In this document: one piece after another, positions 51,633 to 62,798 of the stretch
Numbering within the stretch: the first letter of the stretch is position 1
Layout of the letters: each line of letters begins with the position of its first letter
Source of the DNA: a virus
Taxonomy: Duplodnaviria; Caudoviricetes
Virus record (IMG/VR): IMGVR_UViG_3300037478_000223
Span: 1 to 64,000 of that record
Length of the DNA stretch: 64,000 bases
Strand: one strand, 5' to 3'
Program-made: the position numbers and the translations under genes
The notes under the pieces: generated by a model
Seen by the model: only the letters and a program-made list of their open reading frames with translations
What the model was told of the DNA's origin: nothing
Database searches by the model: none

Positions 51633-51673
51633 GCAACACGGGGGTTGCATGCGTTACACACGTGCGGTACTGT
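51633..51673 (+). promoter_or_regulatory. operator-promoter unit
   Basis: GCAAC-ACGGGG-GTTGC; TTGCAT-N17-TACTGT. Confidence 0.85.
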
Positions 51674-51718
51674 GCATGCATCGGGAACATCAACCGCACT
51701 CACGGAAGGAACCACGCC

Positions 51719-52861
51719 ATGCACACCGAGAACCCCCGCATCATCAAGATCATCGTCGCCGTCATCGTCGTCGCCGTCATCGCCGTGGCGATCGTGGCCA
51801 ACGGAGCCGCCTACCTCGGCGGCACCGCCTTCGTCCGCGACGTCATGGGCGAGAGCCAGACCACCGCCTACGTGTTCGGCGGCATCCTTGAAATGACCCT
51901 GGCCGTGCTATCCCTCACGGTCCTTGCCCGCTCGTACATGCTCCAGCCCACCGCAGGCGTACGCGCCGCGCTCTGGGCCGCTGCCGTGGCGTCAGCCGCG
52001 TTCGGCGCGATCCACGAGATCGTTGCTTACGCCACCGGTGAGATGACGCTCTACCAGGCGATCCCCGCCGCCGCATGGCGCGTCGGCGCCGTCGCCGCGT
52101 CCGTCGCGCTCTGGGAACTGGTGATCAAGCTGGTGTGCGGCCCCCGTGCCCGGGAAGCTCGTGACGCCGAGAACCAGCACAAGCTCATGTACCGCTACTT
52201 GAAGGCCGTTCAGTGGGTCGGTCTGACCCAGGGCACCCGCTTTGCATCCCTTGCACGCATGCTGGAACGGCGTGCACGCATGCAGACCGCCAAGCACGTC
52301 ACCCCCGAGCAGCGGACCGCGATCCTGGAGAAGTTCCACGAGTCGCAGGAAGCCAGCGCGGTCATCTCCGTCGCGATGGCGTCCCTGGCTCAGACGACGG
52401 ACGACGCGTTGAGGGACCTGGGTGACGTGTCCGCCCCGCACCTGTCCCAGCCGATCACCCGCGCAGCGCTCGGGAGCATGCACCCTGCAAGCTCGGACGC
52501 CATGCACGTGCAGACGGTGCAGGCCGTACAGGAAGTGCAGACGGTGCAGGACGTGCAGGACGTTCCGCAGGTGCAGGAGATTTCCCCGGTGCAGGAAGCC
52601 GAGACGTACACACGCACCGCCGCCGCCACGGTGGCCGACCGGTCCCGCGCGATCCGCGCTGACCTCGCCGCCGCATCCAAGCCAGCGACGTCCACGCGCA
52701 ACAACGCCTCGCGCCGGAAGGAAGCAATCGCGCTCATCCGTGAGCACTGGTCAAGCCGCGATGAGGTCACGATCCCCCAGGCGCACAGCATGCTCATGGC
52801 CGCCGGGTTCGACCACCACGAGCGCTCCACGGGCAACTGGCTCGCCGCTGCATTCTCCTGA
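51719..52861 (+). CDS. SpdB/DUF2637-like membrane protein with VQ-repeat linker and C-terminal HTH-like domain
   Basis: About 4 N-terminal TM helices, helical middle, (T/D/E)VQ repeats, RRKEAIALIREHW...TIPQAH..L...G tail. Confidence 0.6.
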   Translation: MHTENPRIIKIIVAVIVVAVIAVAIVANGAAYLGGTAFVRDVMGESQTTAYVFGGILEMTLAVLSLTVLARSYMLQPTAGVRAALWAAAVASAAFGAIHEIVAYATGEMTLYQAIPAAAWRVGAVAASVALWELVIKLVCGPRAREARDAENQHKLMYRYLKAVQWVGLTQGTRFASLARMLERRARMQTAKHVTPEQRTAILEKFHESQEASAVISVAMASLAQTTDDALRDLGDVSAPHLSQPITRAALGSMHPASSDAMHVQTVQAVQEVQTVQDVQDVPQVQEISPVQEAETYTRTAAATVADRSRAIRADLAAASKPATSTRNNASRRKEAIALIREHWSSRDEVTIPQAHSMLMAAGFDHHERSTGNWLAAAFS

Positions 52862-52957
52862 CAGATGCACCATGCAAACCGTGCGTGCATGCCCCGCACC
52901 CTGCAACATGCGGGGCATGCACACCCACGACACACCCCACCAGGAAGGAACCATGCA

Positions 52958-53236
52958 ATGAACACCACCCCCAGCCAAGATGCAAGCAACGAGCCTGCAC
53001 GCAAGGTACGCACGTGCTCCATGTGCCCGAACACGTTCGACGTGCACCCCAACAACGGCAAGACACGCGACACGTGCTCGAACGCTTGCAGGCAAGCCAA
53101 GTACCGCGCCAGCAAGGCACTGCCCAAGTTCCGGCGCGCGGGAGCACCCCGCCGCAACATCCCCACGGCGGCAGAAGCCGAAGCGCGATCCCTCACCGAA
53201 CTGTCCAAGTCCATCAGATCCGGAACCAGCGAATGA
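52958..53236 (+). CDS. Zn-finger protein (CSMC...TCSNACR)
   Basis: Cys motif, RBS. Confidence 0.6.
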   Translation: MNTTPSQDASNEPARKVRTCSMCPNTFDVHPNNGKTRDTCSNACRQAKYRASKALPKFRRAGAPRRNIPTAAEAEARSLTELSKSIRSGTSE

Positions 53237-54412
53237 ACGTGTTCGAGGTCGCCGCGATCCTCGCCGTCTGCGCTCTGGCGTGGCTGGCGCTTGGCCGGTT
53301 CCGCCGAGGCTTCGTCAGGTGGGTTGTCCTGGCCGTCGCTGTCCTCCTGATGGTCCGTTCACTGACCGGATGACCAGCCTGTGACCGAGAAAGCCGCCCC
53401 CCTCCAAACAGCCAGTTCCAGCCCGGAACCAGGCGTCTGGAGGGGGGTCTGTCATGCCGGTCACAACCACCTCATGTAGCCTCGCAACGGCTACATAGCA
53501 ACGATTCCGCCCGTAACCCAGGCTGGTCACACACGCCGGTCACGCCCGGTCACGTGACCGGCATGTGACCGCCGGTAACCGCACCTGTGACCGCCCACGG
53601 TTACACGCTCCGCAAGCACTCACGACGCCCCGTAGACGGGCAAGGAAGGGGCCACGTGGCCAACTACACCATCGCCACCACCTGGGAGGCTCTGGGAGGC
53701 TCTGACGACATCCTGACGGGCAACGATCTGGGCCACCTGATCGACGAGTCAACAGAGTTCTTCACCCGAGGTGTGTCCTCCGTCGCCTCCGTCTGGGTGA
53801 CCATGGACCCTCCCGGCACCCCGACCACATGGTCAGAGCCCCGGCACCCCGACCACACGCCCCTACTCGCGGACGGCTACTACCTGTTGGAGATCCGCGA
53901 AGAGGGGGCCCCCACCAACCGTTCCAAGGGACGCGCCCGCCGGTTCGTGCACGTACAGGGACACGTCAACCCGCGTGCAGTGCGCGATGCAGAAATCGCC
54001 ATCGCCGCCGTGCAGGCTGCACAGCGCGAGTTGCGGCATGCACTGCACGAGTGGGAACAGGTCCGCACCGCGATACCGCAGGACATGCAAGATCGCTTGC
54101 AGGAACGCATCCGGCAGTAGCACGACATGCAACCATGCAACGGGGCCCGGCCTGCATCATGCAGGCCGGGCCCCGTTTGCATCGACGCTAGCCATGCAAG
54201 CTGGCACGAGAAAACTTACAAAGCAGGATGACACTGCAAGTCTGCACCCGAAAACTTACATTCGCCACGCGCGTCACCGCCGACCACGTGGCCGCGCCCC
54301 GACGTCTCCCGGATGAAACGCCGGGACGCACGACCGCTGCAAATGCCCCCTTGCATGCGGCCACCGCCACCGTACCGCGCCACCGTTGCAGGCATGCAGG
54401 CGACACACTAAT

Positions 54413-54453
54413 GAAACGTTAGGGTTGCGCATTGGAGCGACGGTGCGTAACGT
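54413..54453 (+). promoter_or_regulatory. operator-promoter unit (1 mismatch)
   Basis: GAAAC-GTTAGG-GTTGC; TTGCGC-N17-TAACGT. Confidence 0.85.
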
Positions 54454-55913
54454 GGGGCACGTCGGGAATAACCACCACACGAAAGGACACCGACCGTGGA
54501 CCTACTGATCCTCGCCGTGGCCATCACATGCCACGCGATCATCACGCGAGACACCATCAGACGAGGTCAGATCCCGCTGTGGCTGATCATCGCATTCAAC
54601 GTGACGTTGATCGGCGGCAAGATCGCTGTCATCACCTTCCCTCACACCATCCAGTCAGCATCGCTTGTCATGCTCCTGTGTCTCATCACGTTCACGGGCT
54701 GGCGCATCCTCCAGGAAAACATCAGGCAGTGGTTCCTCAACTGCCTCACAGCATCGTTCGTGCTGCTCGCCATCAACGGCATCGCCTACTGAGCCACCCT
54801 GTGCCGCCCCATGCCACACGAACGCCACACGCTGGCGCTCGCGGGACGTGGAGTGTCACAGGGCGTGACACTGGAGAGGGGAACACCATGCACGGCAAGA
54901 AGACCCGAGGCGAGAAGCAGTGCGCCAACTGCGGTAGCTGGTTCTGGTCCATGTTCGGCGGCAAGCTCTGCGCCGCCTGCAAGTGACCATCGCGTCGTGG
55001 GGGGGCCGGGGGGGCCGCCCCCCGCCCGCAAACCACACACCGCAGGCCACACGACGCGATCAACCCAGACACGGAAGGAACCAACCACACCATGAGCCAC
55101 ACCACACACGCCAACGTCAAGGCGGGCGAAACCGTCACCGTGAACATCGACGCCGACCCCGGACACATGAAGCCGTTCTCGGTTACGGGCGAGACGTACC
55201 AGCTCCCGGGACACGGGAGCGACCTGTTCGTTGGCGGATGGGGACTGTCCCGACGAGACGTCACCCTCACTGACCACCAGCCCAAACGGGCCACCAGAGA
55301 GTGGCGAAACGGCACGGCCGGAACGGCGACAGTGCTCTACGGAGGCGACTTGGACCGTGCCGCTACGCGCACCGTCTTCCGCACCGCTGGCGTAGTCGCC
55401 CCGGGCGAGACAACGCGCCCGTGGGTGGACGAACTCGGGAACCTACTCACCGACGACGAGGTAACGGCATTCGTCCCCGCCGACGCTGAGGAACTGCTCC
55501 GAAAGGTCGGCCTGCTGACCCACCAACTGGACAAGTTGCAGCGAGCGCACGACATCATGGCCGATCAGCGAGACTCATACCTCCAGATCATGGCGCGCGT
55601 GGCCGTCGAGAGGAACACGGCTCGGGGCGACGTGGAACGTCTCACGGTTGGCCTGTCCGAGGCGAACGACGCACGGATGACCATGCTTGCCGAGTTGGAG
55701 CGGATCCGCGCCGCCCACACGTCGCCGAAGGTGAAGCGGGAGGAACTGGCCGATGCGTGGGAGGCGGGTTACGAGGCGCGAGACGAGTGGACTCCGGTCG
55801 GACCGACAGGCATCCCCCATGACCCGCCGCTGAACCCGCACGACGAGACCAGGCCGACGCCGTAGGCCATCCTCGCGTGGCGCTCGCTGCTGTGCGCGGT
55901 GAGCGCCACGCGC

Positions 55914-55954
55914 CCAACCTGTAGGTTGCACCATGGTCCGATGATGTGTAACGT
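55914..55954 (+). promoter_or_regulatory. operator-promoter unit (1 mismatch) driving YqaJ
   Basis: CCAAC-CTGTAG-GTTGC; TTGCAC-N17-TAACGT. Confidence 0.85.
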
Positions 55955-55994
55955 AGTTCAGGTCGGGAACATCCAACACACGAAGGGAACCCCC

Positions 55995-56675
55995 GTGGAG
56001 CGCACTACCTACGCCGATATCAAGCAGAACACCCCCCAGTGGAACGCGCTACGACGCGGCATCCTGACTGCCTCGGTCGTCGGACAGATCGTCACCCCTA
56101 CCTTGAAGGTGGCCAAGAACCCGGCATCGCGGATGCTGGCGAACCTCCTGGTCTCCGAGCGCATCACTGGTCGCACGGAACCGACGTTCGTGTCTGAGGA
56201 CATGAAGCGTGGACACGCCGACGAGGTGACCGCAAGGCGCCTGTACTCCCTCAACCATGCCACTGTCACCCAGTGCGGTTTCATGGTGTTGGACACCGGG
56301 GGCGCCGGGTCCATCGGCTACTCACCTGACGGGGTGGTGGGCGCTGATGGGCTGATCGAAGCCAAGTCACGCCAGCCCAAGCACCACCTGGCAACGATCC
56401 TGTCTGACGAGGTCCCTGCTGAGTACGTCGCCCAGGTGCAAACCGCTCTCCTGGTCTCCGGGCGCGAGTGGATCGACTACCTCAGCTATTGCGCGGGCAT
56501 GCCCATGTGGGTCAAGCGCGTCACCCCGGACGAGAAGTGGACGGATGCCATCCTCACGGCGGCAGCCGAGTTCGAGAAGGCAGCTACCAAGATGGAGGCG
56601 GACTACGCCGAACGGGTCAAGGGGCTCACCCCGACCTACCGCGCCGGGGACCGCAACCCCCGCGACCTTTTCTGA
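55995..56675 (+). CDS. YqaJ/lambda-exonuclease-family recombination nuclease
   Basis: QNTPQW..LR.G.LTAS; M.RGH..E..AR; YSPDG.V..DGLIEAK; QVQ..L.VSGR.W.DY. Confidence 0.9.
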   Translation: MERTTYADIKQNTPQWNALRRGILTASVVGQIVTPTLKVAKNPASRMLANLLVSERITGRTEPTFVSEDMKRGHADEVTARRLYSLNHATVTQCGFMVLDTGGAGSIGYSPDGVVGADGLIEAKSRQPKHHLATILSDEVPAEYVAQVQTALLVSGREWIDYLSYCAGMPMWVKRVTPDEKWTDAILTAAAEFEKAATKMEADYAERVKGLTPTYRAGDRNPRDLF

Positions 56676-56694
56676 CCCACACGGCACGGCCCGC

Positions 56695-56735
56695 GAAACG
56701 CTCACGTTGCGTGGCTGTGCAGTGGTGCGTAACAT
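56695..56735 (+). promoter_or_regulatory. operator-promoter unit (1 mismatch) driving ERF
   Basis: GAAAC-GCTCAC-GTTGC; TTGCGT-N17-TAACAT. Confidence 0.85.
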
Positions 56736-56784
56736 CGAACCTGTCGGGAACACCAGAACCACACGCGAGGGAGAACACCCCATC

Positions 56785-57456
56785 ATGACCATCACCACAG
56801 ACACGGGCACCCTGCCGGACGTCACGGACGTCACGGACGCTGCCACGGAGTCCAGTGAGACGCCTGCCAGCCTGGCCGAAGCGCTCATGGCCTTTCAGGC
56901 GAACTTGCCCATCATCCCCAAGACCAAGGACGGGCAGGACGGACACCGCCCGTTCAAGTACGCGGACCTGTCGGCCATCGTGCGCAAGTGCGCGCCCCTC
57001 CTGGCCCGTTTCGGTCTGTCGGTCACGTCCGGCACCGTGATCCGGGGCGATCGAACCATCCTGGTTTCCAAGCTCATGCACGTCAGCGGAAACTACGAGG
57101 TCTCGGAGATCGACGTCACCGCGTCCCCCGGCAACATGAAGCCCCTCGGCGCAAACATCACCTATGCGCGCCGCTACGCCTACGGAGCGTTGACCGGGAT
57201 CGTGACCGACGAGGACACCGACATGGACGGGACCGACGTCGTCGCACAGATCGGCGCGGACGACGGCGAGGAAGCGGACGCATGGGCGGACAAGGCGACC
57301 CAGGAGCAGCGCGACCACCTGAACGCCGCAAACAACGAGGGCTTGCCCGTGAAGCGGATCATGTTCAACCTGTTTGGCCCGAGCGTCACACCCGACAACA
57401 TCAACCGGACACAAGCCGCCGCGCTGTGCCACGCGGTGGACAACTACCAGGCGTAA
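56785..57456 (+). CDS. erf: ERF-family single-strand annealing protein
   Basis: FKYADL..I......L...GL; GANITYARRYAY.AL.GI..DED.D. Confidence 0.9.
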   Translation: MTITTDTGTLPDVTDVTDAATESSETPASLAEALMAFQANLPIIPKTKDGQDGHRPFKYADLSAIVRKCAPLLARFGLSVTSGTVIRGDRTILVSKLMHVSGNYEVSEIDVTASPGNMKPLGANITYARRYAYGALTGIVTDEDTDMDGTDVVAQIGADDGEEADAWADKATQEQRDHLNAANNEGLPVKRIMFNLFGPSVTPDNINRTQAAALCHAVDNYQA

Positions 57457-57956
57457 ACCAGCCACGGCGGGACATTCCCGGATGACACACCACCCCGCCT
57501 ACCGGCTATATGACCGGTAGGCGGGGCATCGTGGAACGTACAACGGTGTAACCCGCAATAGGAACGGGGAATCGCATGAACACCACGAGAACGCAAGTCC
57601 GGGGGAGTAAAGCCGCGAAGACGGCACCCAAGACGCCTACCCGCACAGCAAGCCTGAACTACGGGCCCGGCGGCATCTTCAAGGCACTCACCAAGGCAGA
57701 CCTGGTAGAGAACCCGATCTTGCTGGACATGCTCAACGAGCGAGCAAAGTCCCAGGCAACATCGTGAACATCAAGGCCATCCTCAGCGGCACGGCGACCG
57801 CAACAGCGCTCATCGTCATCGCAGTGATCATTGGCGCCGCAATCGGAATCGCGGGAGGATCAGTGTTCATCTGGGCGATCGACAGAATCTGAGCAACGCG
57901 GCCCACCCTCCGCAAAAAACCATCTAACGCTCACTCACACATGAAAGGGACTAGTC

Positions 57957-58370
57957 ATGGCGCAAGTGTCCATGTGGGACGGCAGAAAAGGCCGAAAACT
58001 GTTCTCCAAGTTCGACCTATCCCCGCCCGAGTGGCACCGGGATGCGGCCTGTGGACCCGACGACGCTGAGACATTTTCCCCGGCGGATACGGACACACGT
58101 GAGACCTTGCACGAAGAGATTGCACGCATCCGCAAGGCCAAGCAGATCTGCCGCGCCTGCCCGGTGGTGACCCAGTGCCTCACCGACGCCTACGAGAACG
58201 AGCACGAAGAAGGGATCTGGGGCGGGCAATCCGAGTACGAGCGTCCCTACACGGACAAGGCAGCCAAGTACAGGGCTAAGAAGGTCGATGGCGACTCGCG
58301 AGAGGTCCGCATCATGCGCGCGGTGCAGGCCGGGGACATCCTCGCCGCGTTCGCCGGAGGTGCCGCATGA
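57957..58370 (+). CDS. whiB: WhiB-family Fe-S transcription factor
   Basis: W...AAC...AK.IC..CPV..QC...GIWGG...ER. Confidence 0.9.
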   Translation: MAQVSMWDGRKGRKLFSKFDLSPPEWHRDAACGPDDAETFSPADTDTRETLHEEIARIRKAKQICRACPVVTQCLTDAYENEHEEGIWGGQSEYERPYTDKAAKYRAKKVDGDSREVRIMRAVQAGDILAAFAGGAA

Positions 58371-59095
58371 TCGAGTTCACAGCCCTCGGCATCCCCCGCC
58401 CCAAGGGGTCACTACGCCACATCGGCAAGGGCCGCATGATCGAACAGACCGACGTCAAACAATGGATGGCAGTCGTACGCTCCACCGCCGCACAGCAGAT
58501 GGGGCGACGTCTGGACGGCCCGTGCGCAGCGATGGTGAAGTTCATGTTCACGCGCCCGGCCAGCGCGAAGAACCGCCTCTATCCGTCCGTTCGCAGCACG
58601 GGCGACCTGGACAAGCTCGTGCGTGCCGTCATGGACGCCATACAGCCGAAAGACGCGTGGCCGGGCGTGATCGACGACGACTCACAGATTGTCCGGATCA
58701 CCGCGTCGAAGGACTACGGAAACACTCCAGGCGTCCACGTCGCTGTCTGGGAACTGACAGTGGATGAAGCATCGCTCATGATGGCAGGTGAGGGAGAAAT
58801 GGACATCTACCGGTACAGCGAAGTTGACATGCTCAGCGACGACGAGACGATGTGCAACAAGATGGCCACCGAGATCAGCGGCGGCACCCAAGGCACGTGG
58901 AACGTCGTGCCGTTGCGCTTCCCGGCGAACGACATCGACGACGCATACGACGCGTTCGGTGTGTGGTGGGAAGGCCACAAGCTGACGAAGGCAGAGTTCA
59001 GGGAGTCCGTGCGTCGTGACCCCTATGGTGAGTCGTGGGTGATCGATGGCGTATTCTACGCGACCGGCGACCGGGCCGCGAAGGTGGTCGGCTGA
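58367..59095 (+). CDS. rusA: RusA-like Holliday junction resolvase with C-terminal extension
   Basis: G.P.PKGS; GDLDKLVRAVMDAI; DDSQIV...A.K.Y. Confidence 0.8.
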   Translation: MIEFTALGIPRPKGSLRHIGKGRMIEQTDVKQWMAVVRSTAAQQMGRRLDGPCAAMVKFMFTRPASAKNRLYPSVRSTGDLDKLVRAVMDAIQPKDAWPGVIDDDSQIVRITASKDYGNTPGVHVAVWELTVDEASLMMAGEGEMDIYRYSEVDMLSDDETMCNKMATEISGGTQGTWNVVPLRFPANDIDDAYDAFGVWWEGHKLTKAEFRESVRRDPYGESWVIDGVFYATGDRAAKVVG

Positions 59096-59117
59096 CGCTC
59101 CGCTGTAGTGGCATGAC

Positions 59118-59152
59118 AAGACCCCTACCGGGAAACCTGGTAGGGGTCTTTG
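59118..59152 (+). terminator. intrinsic terminator
   Basis: AAGACCCCTACC / GGTAGGGGTCTT stem then TG/T tract. Confidence 0.7.
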
Positions 59153-59295
59153 TCTGTCTCTCCAACGTTCGGGAGAGGTCGCCTGGGGCGGATCCACGAA
59201 AGGAGAACTGTCGGGAACACCTATCGACGCTCCCAGGCGAACGGTGCCATCATAGCCGACTCCCGCACGCTGGACGCAACCCCCACGCACAGAGG

Positions 59296-59336
59296 ACAAC
59301 GTCCGGGTTGCACAACGGCCCGGACATGTGTAACGT
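59296..59336 (+). promoter_or_regulatory. operator-promoter unit (1 mismatch)
   Basis: ACAAC-GTCCGG-GTTGC; TTGCAC-N17-TAACGT. Confidence 0.85.
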
Positions 59337-59391
59337 AGTGCTCACGAGGTCAGGGAAACAGTCCCCAACCCGAACAGACCAGGAGGTCACC
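59328..59391 (+). repeat. 64-bp promoter/leader/RBS segment identical to 63580-63643
   Basis: GTGTAACGTAGTGCTCACGAGGTCAGGGAAACAGTCCCCAACCCGAACAGACCAGGAGGTCACC in both; related copies at about 4880-4938 (-), 426-480 and 62736-62798. Confidence 0.9.
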
Positions 59392-60114
59392 ATGGACACC
59401 ACAACCAAGCAGCCCACCACCTTCACCCTCTGGGTTTCCGCCTACGGCGGGTGGAACTGGGACAAGACCACCGGATCTCAGGTCCGCGTCACGTTCGAGG
59501 GACCAAACGCCGACGCCATGGCGGCTGTCTACATCCGCGACCACGGTTACCTTGCCATCAGCGGCGACGACGGCAACGCCTGGGACAACTTCCCCCTCGC
59601 CACTGCCCAGCTCTACCCGTCATGCGTACACGGCATGTCTCTTTGGCTGTGCGCAGGCCCCGACCACTACCCGAACGACTTCAACTGATCCTGACAGGCA
59701 CTCTCACCCACGAGCGCCCCGGCGTTCCTGGGTGGGAGTGTCCGGCAGGACACCACCACCAACCCCATGAAAGGGAACACCATGACCACCACGACCGAAG
59801 CCGGAACCACCCTGACCGTGTTCGGCACCGACGTCACCGGGACCATCCTCGCCATCGTCGGGGACCACGCGGCAGACTTCGACCTCGAAGCCGCCGCGAA
59901 CGGCTACCGGGACTACCTCGCCGGGTTCCTTCCGGACGGCTACACCATCAGCGGCTACCAGGTCGTCAAGGACGTGGACGCGCCCCACCTGGACCGTGCC
60001 GCCCTCCGTGAGGCTGTAGCCGACGACACGGATGGCTTCGACATCAGCAAGTACGCCAAGCCCGATCCCACCACGCCTGTCACGGACGACCCGACCGGCG
60101 TCAAGAGCAGCTAG
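59392..60114 (+). CDS. two small cassette proteins (59392-59688, 59767-60114)
   Basis: RBS + ATG downstream of promoter unit. Confidence 0.65.
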
Positions 60115-60739
60115 CTCCGTCAGGCTCCATGCGGTCACCCCGTGCCGGGGTGGACGCGTGGAGTCCGGCGCGATCCGGACTGACCACCAACCAACGAGAA
60201 CGGGGAACACACCATGGCTGGACTCTGGGGAGACGACGCGCCCAGGCACTCCCGACCAACCACCGACGACACCACCAAGCAGCGCGAAGGCAAGCGCTAC
60301 ACGTGGGGAGTGGCCGACCCCAAGGTCGGCAAGAAGAAGGGCCACCGCAAGGCCACGAGGACGGACCCCAGCCGGTGGCGGCCGAAGTCTTGACCTGACC
60401 ACCACCGGCACACGCTCACAGGAAGGGACCCGCCGCCATGGACTCATGCGATGACTGCGGCATCACCGAAGCCGAAGGCGGTGACATCGAAGTCCACCAG
60501 GTGACGCCACCCGGCGAACCGGACAACGCCTACGATGCCGCACTTTGCGAAGGGTGCGTTCTCACCCTGAGCGAGAACGGGTGCGACATCGCCTGACACC
60601 GGCCGCCCACGACGAACGGAATGAGGTGAGAACACATGCCCGGTGCCGACTGCTGACAACCACGAGCAGCGCCCGCGAACGCCACACCGTGGCGCTCGCG
60701 GGCGCTGTGGTTTCCCGGGAAGGCGCGACACCCAGTGAT

Positions 60740-60780
60740 GAAACGTAGGGGTTGCGCAACCCCCGCGATGTGTGTAACTT
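60740..60780 (+). promoter_or_regulatory. operator-promoter unit (1 mismatch)
   Basis: GAAAC-GTAGGG-GTTGC; TTGCGC-N17-TAACTT; drives 60826-61107. Confidence 0.85.
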
Positions 60781-62703
60781 AGTGGCTGTCGGGAAACACC
60801 AGCCACACGAAAGGCACCACACATCATGCGCATCATCGTCGAGGCCATCAACCTGTCTGACCTGCACGACCAGGGCATCGAAATCACCGAAGCAGCCTTC
60901 ATGCGTGACGGGAAGCCCATGGGAAAGACCATGGTCGAAGCGTTCCACGACCCCGAGACCGACACCGTGAACATCGACTGGAACACCTGGTCTGAGGACG
61001 TCAGCGCCTACGCCGACGTGATCGTGTGGGTGGACAGGGAGCCGCGAGACATCGCATTCACCGAGGCCACCAACACCCCCCGGACCCGTCTTCTCGGCGT
61101 CGCCTAACAGTCTTCCCCGCGTGCCATGCCGGATCGATCCCGTGGCACGCGGGGAACCCCAACCCGGCCGTCTCTGAGACGCCCCATCGGCAGCACACCC
61201 CCCAGTGCGGCCGGTGGAGTGCCACAGGCAGGGCACACCCCGAACACCGGAAGGAACCATGCGCGAGTACACCAAGACGCTCACCGACGACAACACCCGC
61301 AACGGCGGGCGCACCATCACCGCCGAGAACGCGTACAACGCCCACACGCGGCCCGTGATGCCGTCCCTGGCCGACATGACGGCCAAGACGCGCAACGCCG
61401 CCACACGGGCCCTGGACGTGCTCACGGGCCGCTAACCAGCCAAAGCCCGTGCCGGGTGACATGCTGGACACCCACCACCACACGACGCGACACCGGAAGG
61501 ACACACGAAACCTTGATGGACGGCAAGGACTACTACGACCACGACGAAACGGACGCCGACGACGACCGCGACGAACCCGCCGAGGAAGTCACCTGCTCAG
61601 GATGCGGACGCGACCACATCCCCGACGAAGGTGACCCCACCCAGGCCGACACCTGCTACGAGTGCCAGAACCGCCTCAGCCCGGGATACCAGGACTGATG
61701 ACCTGGCCCGAAGCATTCGCGCACGTCGGAAGCATGTTCGGATGGGCTGCCATCGTATGGGCCATCGCCTGGGCCATACGCGGAAGGTGATTCAACAACG
61801 ACTTCCCCACCACGTGAACGCCGGACGGTAGGTCTGCGCACGTTCCGCTACCGGCCACACAGGCACCCGCGAGGTGGGGCAGAGGTGAGGGGCCACCTTG
61901 AACGCCCCAGGAGAGACCAGAGGGGGACACGCTCACGCGTGTCCCCCTCTGCGACATCACCAGACGCGGACAACTGACGCGACGAAACCGAATACGACCG
62001 CTAACACGGGTAACACGCATCGTGACCCGTGGGCGCTCGCAGAAACCGTCTGCAACATGCCAGACACCTTTGTCATCCGGCATCCAAGAAACCCGAAGCA
62101 CGCGTTGCGCCCACGGGACGACGCTCCATCAGGCATCAACGAATGACACACCTTCCCCATCACACATCTAAGAAGGGCCATGACGCATGGAAGACGACGG
62201 ACTCATGGACACGGTTGCAAACTCGGTTATCAGTGACCAAGCATGGGAAACATTGGTCTCAACTCACAACCCGTACCTCATCCGGCACACGCTGACGATG
62301 CTCCGCGCAGACATCAGAATCCAACGCGACCGGCGCAAAGCCTGGCTACAGGAAGGAACCTGGACAGACGACGAATATCACGCGTGGAGCAAGAAGGTCG
62401 CCAGGTTCTCAGGCAGCGTCAACACCCGGCTCACCCAGATAGAACAGATCGCGCGACAGCGCCCCGACGAAACCACCAAGAACTACTACCGTCGCCGCCA
62501 CGCCGAGGACACGAGCGTCATCGCCGCACTCACCAGGGCCATTGATGCCTACCTGGAAGACGAGAACATGAGCGCGTCAATCCTGGAAGAGGCGTTGGAC
62601 ATCCTGCGCAACTTCGGGCCTGAGCACGGTGACATGACCCTCATTGCCGCACTGGACGCCGGACTGTTCGACAACAGCAAGTCACCACGCCGAGACACCG
62701 GCG

Positions 62704-62744
62704 CCAACATGGAGGTTGCGAACCTGCCCGAAAGTGTGTAACGT
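62704..62744 (+). promoter_or_regulatory. operator-promoter unit (1 mismatch)
   Basis: CCAAC-ATGGAG-GTTGC; TTGCGA-N17-TAACGT. Confidence 0.85.
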
Positions 62745-62798
62745 ACGTGGGGAGGTCAGGGGAAACCGACCCCAACCCGAACCGGCCAGGAGGTCACC

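Larger units (their letters stand above)
51098..54398. repeat. TGCA-saturated tract (51.1-53.1 kb and 53.9-54.4 kb)
   Basis: Hand count about 27 TGCA in 51098-51723 and about 21 in 53947-54398, versus about 2 expected per 600 bp. Confidence 0.9.

Noticed and set aside
47923-59095. Diversity-generating retroelement or retron
   Set aside because: No reverse transcriptase motif (YxDD context) and no A-specific TR/VR pair found.
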